Shown here: positions 12,308 to 24,030 of the stretch, one piece after another | Numbering within the stretch: position 1 is the stretch's first letter | Layout of the letters: every line of letters begins with the position of its first letter | DNA from: Camelus ferus | Lineage: Eukaryota | Reading direction: 5' to 3' | Assembly (NCBI RefSeq): GCF_009834535.1 | Contig: NC_045707.1 | Span: 58,344,001-58,408,000, forward strand | DNA: 64,000 bases | The notes under the pieces: model-generated | Database searches by the model: none | Told to the model about the DNA's origin: nothing | The model's input: the letters and a program-made list of their open reading frames with translations, nothing else | Position numbers and translations under genes: made by a program

Positions 12308-14339
12308 TTGGCCCAAACTTACAGTAGGGGTTTTAATAGAGACTAGACACTTCTACCTCTAGTCACACCTGGATGAGGGTCCATGCAGAAGGACCAGACA
12401 AAGAAGGTTTCACAGCTGGTTATGAGGCATTCCCGGTGAGGAGGAGGAGGAGGAATGTTGGATGAGGGCTAGAGGCAGGTTATGAAGTTGCCCTGTTACT
12501 GATTAAGCCACCAAGAGTCCCTGCAGTGCCTAGAATAAAGCCCAGTTGCTGGCAGCCGTCACCTAGGGGACCACCTAATAATACTGGCAAAACCTTTCTT
12601 CTGCCAATATCTCCATCCAAGAAGAAGGGCCTTTTTTTCCAGAATGTGGGAAACAGTTGTAGCCTAGAATTCTTGGATCTTGTATTGGTTCACAAATAAT
12701 TCCTGTTTACTATTTTGTGCTAGGCTCTCTTCTAGGTACTAGGGACATTGCAGTGAATGAAAAGACAAACCTAGCCTACATCATTTTTTATTCTCTGTTG
12801 CCAAATAAAAGTGTTGGCACAGGGCTGAGGATTGGTTGTTTCTCAGAATGTCCTTTGGACCTTTTCAAAAGATGAGAATTGAAATTCACTTATCATTTGA
12901 CAGATAGTAGCCTTAATAATGTGTCATGGGCTATAATTTGTGTTATACAAATCATGCTGGTAGCTCTAATGTTTAGAAAAGACAGATTTATTCCCTTAAT
13001 CTTGAGAAATTGGGAGATTTAGAGCATAAATTCATATTTCCATTAATTTAATTTGTTACATGAATTTTATTTTTGCCCCCAAATCGTGTCTTTAATGGCA
13101 AATGCTAGTAACTTCTCGGTGGGAGTCAGGACTCCACATTTTCCAGTACATTCTGATCATCTGAAGCATTTATGATTATCCACCACTTCCATGCTTAATT
13201 TTATAATTATACCAAAAAGGCATTATACCAAATATGGATCTGTATTCCTATAGCTCATAAAATTACCCAAATCACCCGTGGTTACATAGAACTGCTTCTC
13301 CGTGTGTTTTTCTTTCCTTCTGAGCTCTGCAATTGAGGTGGAACTAAGTACAGTGTACTTTACAAGCTTCTGGTATCTAGTTACTTGAGAAACACTCCCC
13401 CTATGGTGAAATCATCAACAATTTACTTTTTTTTTTTTCCATAATTGAGTGGTCAGGACACTTTATCCTTTTCCTATGATTCTTGCCTAAACATGTACTT
13501 CTTTTGGGAGGGACATATGTGGGGGAATTAGATCCAGTTTTTAGGATTTACCCTTCATTCACTTATAAACTTAATCATTTACCCTTTTATACTTAGATTT
13601 TTTAAAACTCTTAAAAATAAATTAGTAAGAGTTATTTCCCCTCCCCCAGATACTTGAGAAGTTTCTCTTATTTGGTCTCAGGTTTATGACATCTTCCTAA
13701 CTTTAAAAAACTGAGTATCTCTGCATCTATGGGGAAATGAGACCAAAAGGAGTGTCTTGTTTACCTTGAGATCACATGGTGATGCAAACAGAATCAGATA
13801 TCTTACTAGTCCCTGAAAATGGAGGTGTCTGACCACTAAAAGATTAGTCTGCAACACCAGTCTGTTTAGAGAAAGGTTAGAGATAACAAAATACTATAAA
13901 ACCGTAAGATATAGGAAATTATAAAAATTATTTGAATGGAGGGAGAGTGGAAATTAACTTACATTTTGTCCTTGCCTCTTTAGAACATGATTTCAATTCA
14001 GTGCTACCAACAGCTGGAGGCAGTGTTTCTTTAAGTGTTAGTCTCTCTACCTCTGCCTTAGAATCACGTGGAGTCCAGAGGAACACCCAAATGAGTCAGA
14101 CTGTCTCTGTTCTCAAAAAGCATATGGTTAGAGAATAGACATGGTATGCACTAAGAGGGAGAGATTCATTCCTTACAGGACTGAGGAGACATCTTTAGGA
14201 CCTAGCATTTGAGGCAAGCTTTGAAGGGACTGGGGAAGGAGGGCTGGTGTCAGTGATAGTCAGGAATATTTAGAAAAATGTATTTGACCTCTGCTGAACC
14301 TACACCTGAGGTGGCGCCTAAGGTTCTCTGTACACACCT

Positions 14340-14510
14340 TGTAGTGAAGTGCTAGCTGCCAGGTTAGACCTACTTGAATTCAGAACCTGGCTGTACCACT
14401 GCTACTAGCTTTGTGACCTAAGACAAGGTGCTTTATCATTTCCTCATTTGCAACCAGGCCAAAATCATGCCTCACTCTGTTGGCTCGTTGTGAAGGATAA
14501 ATGAAAATGC
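14340..14510 (+). mobile_element. MIR SINE
   Basis: ttagacctacttgaattcagaacctggct...tactagctttgtgacc...tttcctcatttgc...gttgtgaaggataaatga. Confidence 0.75.
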
Positions 14511-17500
14511 GTGCAGCTCTGCCTGTTCATAGCTATGATGGGAAAAGAATTCAAATGAAGTCTGTTACAGTGTGATTTGTCCCACTGAAGAAGTTGAGCA
14601 GGTCACGATGGTTGTCTTTCCTGAAATTAAAAAAAAAAAAAAAAGGAATCGGGAAGCTCTGGATGAGTAATAAAACTGCCATCTGGTCTTATATCTCTGC
14701 TTTTCTAGGGAGGCTGTCTGTCCTCAGAAGTCCAGTGGAAGCAAGTCAGAACTCTGTCCTGCAAAAAAATGCAGTATGTGTTGACACAAATGTAATATAA
14801 TCTCCTTAGCCCCTGGTAAATTGTGGCAACTCAAGACACACTGAACAAGATCTTGATTAAAGGAAAACATCTTTTAGAAAGAGAGCTTCTTGATTTACTT
14901 TACTCGAGAAGCTCAGAGCATTTCTCAGTTAGCTTGCTCTTCCTTTCAAATCCCCAGGCTCGACCTGGGCCTGTTTTCCTAAGTAAGAAATGTCTCTGCC
15001 CGGACTCCTGAGCAAATATATGCCAGAGGAGTATCATTAACCGAGCTGATACGGGAACTAAACAAACAGGGTGAATCAGCTTGGATTCACGAAGGCTGGC
15101 AGCAAGTCAATTTCTTTCTCTATTTCTCTACTTGTTTTTTCAGGGTACGTGATGACTAGAGACTGGTATGTCCTGATAGCAGAAAACAGGAAGCAGATCA
15201 AAGCGAGAGGCTGTTTGTCTCCTGACCTGCCCCTGGATAACAAGAAGCAGTTTGTGTTGACTCGGACTTGCGTCCTATAAGGTGGCCGAGCAGAGGGTGG
15301 CAGTTACAGGTGCTGGGACGAGGGGTGGTTTTTCTGTCACTAAGGCAGAGCACCACAGTGGCACTCGAAAGGGCTAGAACAAAACATTTTCCCCCCCTGA
15401 ATTGTACAAGTTTGAGGGTATCGTTAGCTTATGACCTAGAAGAAGAATCTTAACTGGAATATGGAAATTTAATTTGCCCAATGATATGTATTAATTTAAA
15501 ATCATACACACAGTATAACTCGTTTTGTTTTATTTTCTCTTTAAGTGTTATATTGGCTCTTAGACTTGTCCATTCTTAGACCTTACATATGACTATCACT
15601 CTAATAGGATAATACTCTGCTCAGCTTAAACGTGGGTGATTTTACTTGTCATGTGAAATTTGTGGAGCATAAGAAAGAGAGTGTTATCTCTATTTTAATT
15701 AAGTTCAGAAATGGTAGGAATGTTTTTTTCCCAATGAGTGAGATTGATGAGAAAAATTAAAACAAGTGTTAGACTCTTTTCAGCTAGAAATATTTGGGAC
15801 TTCAGTTTAAATTGGTAGAAATTATGAAAGGTAATATGGATTTAAAGAGATATGTAGATTTTCTTAAGATCTCAAAGACAGCTGACTAAACTGCTAAAAA
15901 GAAAAAGATTTTTAAAAGGCACCTTTAAAAATATATTTCCCATTGAAAAAAAGTTAGTATACAAAGGAAAAACTATTCCTAAAATAGTGAAATGCTGCTA
16001 GCTGTAGAAATAAATATAGGACATCCCTTTTCTCTTCTTTGTTGCATCCTTTCTGATGGGTACTCCAGGACTACACTGGTGAGGGGGAGCTTTTCCAGGA
16101 CTGTCTGCTAACGGTACAGAAATCATTGGCACTTGGTGTCTGTGTGCATTTTCCTTCAAAAGTCCATAGGAGGTTTCAATCACCTGTTAAATAAGTGAAC
16201 TCAAGAATGAATAAATGAGAGCCCTTGGTTGCTATTTTAACCTAATGCTGACTGACTCTTATTGATTACATTTGGTGATCTTTGGCGAATTACTTTATTC
16301 ATGACTCTGTATCCTTGTCTATAAAGTGGAATTAATAACACCTACTACATAAGCACTACAGACATGTTTGTTGAATATCTGAATTACTCACTAGATTCAA
16401 TTTAGATATACTAGACCCCGTTTTCTGGAGTCTGGGGTCTGGAGACCTGCCCTTTTAACAGAATCTGCTGGTGATGCTTATGCACCCAAAGCTGGAAAAA
16501 CCACTCATTTAAACTCTCCTATCTATTGGGCAGGGCACTAGGGGATATGCCAATGGCAGCGCTAAAATGAACCCGACTGTCTTTGTCTTCAGTAAGTTTT
16601 ACATATAGTTAAAGGACAGATAAAATGTTAACAAAACAGAGGAAGGAGAGACTCCCTTAAAAGACTAGTAAAACTTCTTAAGGATCTAGCCTTTTTAAGG
16701 GTGTAAGCAGGATTTTAAAAAATGCCTAGACTAGTTTGTGTTCCATGGTAAATGCAGAACTGTGGGTATTGTTATTTCCACATGTGCTTGGTCCACCCAC
16801 GCCGCTCGTTTCTTCCTCATCTGTAAGGACAGTGTCTATATTTTTCAACAGATCTGTTCCAGCCAATTTATAAATCTCTTTGGGTGACTAGATTACTTTT
16901 ACTGTAAGATTTTTGTGATTTGTGATTTTTGATTTTTTTACAGTTTTGTCCTGGTGACAGAGTTCTGACAGGCATTTTATTCTTTCTCTTTCTGTGGACC
17001 AACTTATGCATTTTCTTATTTCCATTTTGTGACTCTGAAAAAAATTTCATGAAAATCAAATTCTAATACAAACGCACATTGTACCTGCTGTGGATCCTGG
17101 AACTCATGATACGACTTCAGAAAACTCATTTTCTAAACTGTAGAAAAGAAATCCGTGTGGTTGATTCTCATTTAGTCAGGTTTTTCTGGTTCGTGGATTA
17201 TTCAGATTCTTTGCTCCATGTACAGCTTTTCCCTTTATCGGTTTCTTTGCTTGTTAAGCGTGAATTGAGAAAGAAAACGAAGCAGATCTGGTAAAAAGAC
17301 TTAGCCTGGGAACTGAAAGAAACAGATGGCTAAAACAGGCTCAGCTTAGAGAATTCTGTTGATATTTGAGAGGGTGTCACAGTCCTGGCTTGTTCGCAGA
17401 GGTGTAACCTAGTGATGCTGGCATGGTTAGGATCAGGGATTTTGACCTTTGATTCAGCTGCTAACTTACTGTGTACCCTGTGCAAACCAGACAGCCTATT

Positions 17501-17731
17501 AGTATGATAAGTAAAATACCTACCTAACTTTGGACTCATGGTCCAAAGGGATGTCGGGAAAGGAATTTAAAGAATTCACTGATTGTGATTACAATATTCT
17601 AGATACTAAACTAGAAACCTGAAAAAAGGTACCTTCTCTCATAAAGATATTACTGAGATGAAACCGGAAATGGGCTTTTTTTCTCTCCCTTTTCAGAATT
17701 TGTATAGCAGTAGCACTAGATTCTATATAAC

Positions 17732-17834
17732 TAATGATTTGGTGCTTCTTATAAATTAATGATTTGGTACTTCTTATAAAATTAGTGATTTGGTACCTCT
17801 TATAAGAATTATAATGATTTGGTACTTATAAAAT
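17732..17834. repeat. Minisatellite, 4 copies of a ~25-bp unit taatgatttggtacttcttataaat
   Basis: Four adjacent diverged copies read directly from the sequence. Confidence 0.9.
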
Positions 17835-18249
17835 TTAAAGGGCAACTTTTTTATAGCCATTTAATAGTGAGTAAAACTGTGTCACAGAACTTGACACAGA
17901 GGGTTAATTAGCTAAATAATGCTGAAATGGAGACTAAAATAGTTTTTCTGGTTTCTTGTTCACTAAAATGACATGTTCTAAATAAGTAAACATTTTTGTT
18001 CTATTTATGGAAGTCTGATATGTCTGTAGTCTGCTGTTATCATGTGTTTAATTTTGTTTTTTAATTCAGATGGGGCAGATGGTATGCTGTTAAAGCAAAA
18101 CCAAAGATTTAGGACTAAGCAGGAATCTTCTGAATCATAAGCAGGAATTCTTGATGTGTTTGTAGCATAAAAGAGTCCTACTCCCTAGCACAAACAAACA
18201 AAAGCTTATTTTCAACTAAATTTAAATTGAGGAAAAGGAGAGAAGCACA

Positions 18250-18420
18250 TTGATGAGATGGTCTTAAGATTTGGATTCAGGACTTACTAAGTGACCTTGG
18301 ATTTGTCATTTCCCCTTCTTTAGCCTCCACTTCTTAATCTACAAAATGGTCATAATAATAACTCTCCTTCTATCATATGATTGTGATTTTGAGGATCAAA
18401 AATATGGTGGAAGTTTATAA
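18250..18420 (+). mobile_element. MIR SINE
   Basis: acttactaagtgaccttgg...agcctccacttcttaatctacaaaatgg...tgaggatcaaa. Confidence 0.7.
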
Positions 18421-18829
18421 CATGAGCTATAACAATATCAGGGGCTTATTGCTAGTATAAAACCACATATAGCTGTTATATTATAGCTCTTATGTTGTTA
18501 GTAAATGAAATTGACTTTACCCTTTAGAGGTAAATTTTGACTTCAAAAGAAGGTTTAAAAAAAGAAGTGGTCTAAAATCCCTGGGATTAAAAGAATCCAA
18601 AAGCTGTTGGTTGCCAGAATCAAAAGGGAGGTTTTTAATTCAGCTTCTAAATTATGAAAAGATAGAAACAGGTAAAATGTAAAACTTACGTTCACAGATT
18701 TCACAACATACAGAATACTGAATGCAGTGGGGAGACAAGCTTTAGTGCAGAACTGGACGCCAGAAAAGCATATAGTCTCCTGAAGTTTCTTCTACTCCTG
18801 TGAGGTCCGTGAGTACAAGGTCTATTGTA

Positions 18830-18870
18830 CAATAGGTGCTCAATAAATATTTGTTGAATGAATGAATGAG
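18830..18870 (+). mobile_element. L2 LINE extreme 3' end
   Basis: taggtgctcaataaatatttgttgaatgaatgaatga is the typical L2 terminus. Confidence 0.8.
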
Positions 18871-19638
18871 TGGGTAATGAAAAAACAGAAATGCATATAC
18901 TTCTCTCTTGGCTGCTTCTCCTGTTGGAAGACTTAATCTTTTATCACTGGAATTCCACAAGAAACATCTTAACCAAGTCATGTGTTTGGGCCAATCTGTT
19001 TCCAGGCTTGTTTGTGTTTTTCACATTCTTTTTTTGGCCTGCAATATTATTCTGTGACCTCTTTCATGAATTCCAGTAGGTCATTTCAGTGGGGCCCCAA
19101 GGAAGTTAGTAAATTAAACTTGATTTGGAATGGAATACGTAGGGTGTGTGGCTTGGATTGGAATCAAATTAGGTCTGGTTAATCTTATTTTGGTTTAATC
19201 TATGTGGGAAAGAATAGAAATAGAGGAAAAACAAATAAACAGAAAATAGTGGAAACTATTCTTGTATAATGATAAGCAGTTTCTGTAAGGAATAGTTCCA
19301 GGGGCCAAAACCTAAATTATTTTTATTAAAAATTTGGGTACAAGATTCAGCAGTGGAAAGATTAACTTCTCCAGTCATCAGAGTTGGTGTTTACTTTTCT
19401 AGCTTTCCCAAGCCAGAATCTCTAGGCTTTTAAAATGTGGATGCTCTGTAGACAAAGCATGTTACTTAATATAGTTCATGCTTTTTAATCTTCTCTAGGG
19501 CTCTGGAAACGGAAAAGCCCAACCTTTGGGAAAGCTCAGCTCCTAGGGAAGCAAAAAAAGTTTCAAGTCAGAGCATCCACATTCCGTCTTGAGTTTCTTA
19601 GGCCATCCTAAGGCGGAGAAATGTTGAGAAAGTGCGCT

Positions 19639-19822
19639 GAGTTCCCGCATGTGTAATTTCTTTAAGCCAACTATTTCTGCCTGCAGTCATTTCCAACTTA
19701 CAACGTATTGGACCACTGAGGTCTTAACCTGAGTTCCCGCATGCATAATTTCTTTAAGCCAACTATTTCTGCCTGCAGTCATTTCCAACTTACAACGTAT
19801 TGGACCACTGAGGTCTTAACCT
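19639..19822. repeat. 92-bp direct tandem duplication (2 copies)
   Basis: 19639-19730 and 19731-19822 are identical except atgTGtaat versus atgCAtaat. Confidence 0.95.
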
Positions 19823-22349
19823 TGGTGCTCGGAGTTTAGGAAATCCCCTTCTGGGACTGGCTGAGAGCACTGGAGTAACGTGGGGAATTTCTCTAAAGCT
19901 ACCTGTGAAGGAGGAAGGCAGGAAGGAGCAAGTGAAACCCTCGGATTGAGCAACCTTGAGTTCAGGGTTCTCACTGGGGCCCGGGGAATCATGTGTGTTG
20001 TTCCTTGAAGAGAAATTCATGCGATCACCTAATACCTTCTTAGCAAAGAGAGAATTGAGATTTACCATTCAGGAGTTTCAGGAATTAATATTTGTTCTTG
20101 ACAATTGAGTTTCCCCTCCCTGGGAGGTCAGTATTTGCTCATTTAATAGAGCAAAATAAGTTTTCCTTTGAAGAATGGGAAGAGTCACCGTATTAATTCT
20201 GATTTTTCATATTAGACCTACAGATTAAAGGTGTGGATTAAGGTACTAAGGCATGGGGAGGTGATGTGGAGTTTTTCCAGCACTTGCTACAGGGTTCTAA
20301 GTACCTGTCTTCCACTTTAGTTGGCTGATGTTGGTGAAGGCTTCACTTGTCTGGATAGAAGGGAATCATGATGGTTTTTCAAACGTCTAAAACAGATGAC
20401 TAGACCAGCTGATTTTATACAATTCTTTTCAGCATTCAGATTAACGATTCCCAAGCAGCAAATGAATTTTGTCTTTGGTTAATTTTCCAGGTGCAAATCT
20501 AGTTAGTGGCAATCTCCTAGAAGTTTAAAGGACTTTTGACTGCTTCAGTAATACTTAAGTATTTTAAAAAATTATTTTGTTACATAATATTTTCTATGTA
20601 TAAAATTATACTTATATATACCATTATATACACATACATAAAATACATATTATACAGTGTTGATACAGGTTTGAAAAATAAGAAAATGGGAGTCACAAAG
20701 GTCTTAGAGTGGTTGCTGTTCTAACAGAAAGGATACCATGATTTCATTTTCTGTTTTAGAAAAAAAAGAGATGGTACCATTTCATTTGTTCAGTTCTGAT
20801 TCTCCCTGATAACTGGCTTTTTTTGTTTTTACTTTTGGAAATTGCATCTTAAAAATGTAGATTTACTGGCTCAGGCACTGCTGATAATGTAATGTAATTC
20901 ACTGAAAGTAATTGTTGCTAATGGGAAAATGGACAGATTAAATAAGCCACATTCTAATAAATGACCTTTTTAAAGGGTTCGTTAAAAATATGGACGGACA
21001 CATGCAGATGCCTTAAATCTTTTTTTTGAAACAAGGAGATGTATGAATAAGGAGATGTAGGAATAAGGAAACTCACTCTGCTAAAGTTTAAAAGGGAGAA
21101 GGTAAAGATAGAAAGTCGCATTTCTAGTATAACCGCAGCTGCTCAGCACGGCAGGAAGAAGAGTGAGACATTTGTCCACGTCTCTGGTGACAGAGCTCTC
21201 TTTCCTCTTTTCACTGTCATAGTTTCCAAATTTTATTGAGCATATTTGTTCCTACATGGAAAAAAGTCTCTTTGATTGATTGATTGATTGATTGATTTAA
21301 ATACTGGTTTTTTTCTGCAGTTTCCATGATGCCCAAGAGTTAATTCCAGTGGCGTTTCTAGTGTGCTTCTGCCACCTGCTGCTTTCCGCAACCCATTACA
21401 GTGATCAGCCAAGAAAGAAAAACACTTGGCAAGGTGGTTATTTCTCTGGAGATGCGTTCTAGTATAGGAGGAGGATGAGAGGGAAACATATTTCAGATCC
21501 ATGGAAGATACACTGTGTGTATGAGAGAGAGACAGAGAGACAGAGATCTTTCTACTAGATTACATCACTATTAAAATTACATTTTATGACTCGGACTTGC
21601 AACCTGGCAAAGGAGAAGAGTGGAGACCTTGGTCTTAGTGCTGACGACAATAAGCTCCTTAAGAAAGGTTTTAAAACATGTTTTGATACTTCCTCTCCTT
21701 CCCTGTTCGTTAAGCGTGTTCCCTCCGACTTATGCCTAGAAAGCTCAGGGTGGCTTGTTAAATGTTGTTTCTTTAAATTAAATCGCCTGCCGTGTTTCCA
21801 TGACTCTTTTTCTCTCTCCACATTATCATTCCAGACAACATTCCATTTGTTCAGTGCCTCAAACTATTTCTATGGTCTGCTGCCCCGGAGTTATGCTGAG
21901 CTCCAGAAAGGGGCGCCTGCCTCACCTGGAACTTTGGCCTTCCTGCTGGAGCGTAAACAAGCCTGATTTGGTGACTTGTCTGAGGAACTCTCGGATCTTC
22001 CTCTTTAGGAATTAATTGAAACACTTTTGATTTTGAAACGGTAGTTAAAGAGCCTGGATGCAAATGACTTATGTTTGTTGTCTGGACAAACACCTTGGGA
22101 CGTTGGTGCAACAGTCTTCCCTAAGCTCATGAAAATACTAACAGTGCCAGGCCTGAGGCTGACTTTACTTTTTTCCTTTGGACTCATGCTTGCATTGAAG
22201 AATTGCGATTGTGACGAAGACCACAGAGTTACAATCTCAGAGGGCTTGAACAGTACAGAAAACACGTTACAGGGCAGGCCAGGGACAAGATTTTTTGTTT
22301 TAATATATGTAGTCCTATTGGCCCTCAGAAAACAACGGTGAGATTTGTG

Positions 22350-22480
22350 TTATCTTCCTCATTTCTCATTAGAGGAGACAGAGACTAGAGAAGACCTGGC
22401 TTACCCAGGGTCAGACAGCTGGGAAGGGTCAGGGCAGGGACCTTAACTCCAGTGTCTGCCTCCCAGTTCCACACTCCCCA
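22350..22480 (-). mobile_element. MIR SINE
   Basis: agaggagacagagact...cttacccagggtcagacagct...gtctgcctcccagttcc. Confidence 0.65.
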
Positions 22481-22739
22481 GAGAGTCAACTGTCTTTCCA
22501 CTGCAGATGGCGAGGCTCTGGATGGTCATGGTAGTCAGAAAAGGGGAAGCAAGTCTGGACCAAAAGCAGGAGTGAGACATGCTGGGAGGCTCGCTGGCAG
22601 CCTGGGCACCTCCTCTCCCTGAGGAGCCTCATGCTGTGGGGGTTGGCGGAGCAGCCCAGGTAGCAGGGATGCGCTTCCCCAGGCCCTGCCCATCCCCCGT
22701 GTTTGGTCAGTTCTGACTTGTGTCAGTGCAGCGACATCT

Positions 22740-24030
22740 CCTGGCTTCTGTTCTCCTTCCACCTCCAGTCCAGCCGTCACTCTGCAACCACGAACAGCCT
22801 TTCCGGAGAACAAATCAGACCTTGTTGCTCCTGAGCTATAACTCTTTCAAAAGTTTCCTGTTATAATTTGGATAAAGTCCAAATTCTTGAGCCTGGCAAG
22901 TTAGCCCCTTCTACGCTCAACCTCACCTCTCCACCACCACTACATCAGCTGAGGGGACAAATCACTGTTTCCCACACTGTGCCAGGCGCTCTCTCCCCGG
23001 CCTGTTCTGCTGTGCCTGTAGCATTGCTCAGTTTTCCTCCTTTGTCTGACTTCCTCCTACTTCTCTGTTACAGTCTCGGCTTAAAAGTCACTCCTTTCAG
23101 AACACTTTCCCAAACCCCTTCTCCAGCTCCACTCCACGTGTGTCCAGCAGCGCTCTGTTCCAGTGTGGCACTCAGCACACTGCCTTGCAATTACCTCATT
23201 TTATTGAGATATAATTCACCTACCATGATATTCACCCTCTTAAAGTCTACACGAGTCAGTGGTTTTTAGTATATTCACAAGATTATGCAATCCTCACCAC
23301 TCTCTAATTCCAGAACGTTTTCATCACCCCAGGAAAATCCCCAGCCACTGAGCTGCTTCCCATCCCCCTCGTTCCCCCTCCATGGCAGTTACTAGTCTGA
23401 TGTGTCTCTCTTGGTGGATTAGCTACTCGAGGCATTTCACATAAGTGGGATCATACAACATGTGCCCTTTGTCTCTGGCTTCTTTCCCTCAACATCATGG
23501 TTTCAAGGTTCATCCACATTAGAGCCTGCGGCAGCATCTCACTCCTTTTTATGGCTGAACATCATTCCATTGTGTGGATAGATCACATTTTGTTTCTTCA
23601 TTCATCAGTTGATGGACATTTGGGTTGTTTCCTCTCTTTGATTATTGGGAACAATGCTTCTGTGAACATCTGTGAACAAGTTTTTGGCTGATTCCATGTT
23701 TTCATTCTTGGCTATGTCCCTCGGAGTGGAATCGCGGGGCCGTATGGGAACCGTCTCCCACGGCAGCTATACCTGTTTGCATTCCCATCAACAATATACG
23801 ACGGGTCTAATTTCTCCCAATCCTGGTTATTTTCTGTTGCTTTTTACATTTTTTTAAAAATTTTTTATTCAATGGTATCCACCCTAGTGAGTATGAAAGT
23901 ATAATTACTTTTTAGCTGGCTGGCTTTTCTCATGACTAAACTCTGTGAAGGCAAAGGCTCTGCGAGATCTTGTTCGTTTTTGGACTCCAGTGCCTAATGC
24001 TTTGAGTCAGTGCTCAATTAATGTCTGCAA
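22740..24030 (+). mobile_element. L2 LINE 3' region split by an L1MB insertion
   Basis: caaatcagaccttgttgctcct..., aaagtccaaattctt; resumes after the L1 with ctctgtgaaggcaaagg...tgctcaattaatgtctg. Confidence 0.65.
23198..23900 (-). mobile_element. L1MB-like LINE 3' end
   Basis: ttttattgagatataattcac...cagtggtttttagtatattcaca...ttccagaacgttttcatcacccc...cattcatcagttgatggacatttgggttgtttcc. Confidence 0.85.

Noticed and set aside
15110..15150. Strong plus-strand acceptor at 15143 (similar ones near 17696 and 29066)
   Set aside because: No convincing paired donor or coding frame; such tracts are common in AT-rich DNA
17732..17834. CRISPR-like repeat array
   Set aside because: Units are contiguous with no unique spacers, and there are no cas genes
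21903..21916. Second CTCF-like motif ccagaaaggggcgc
   Set aside because: Two mismatches in the core; much weaker than the 26194 site
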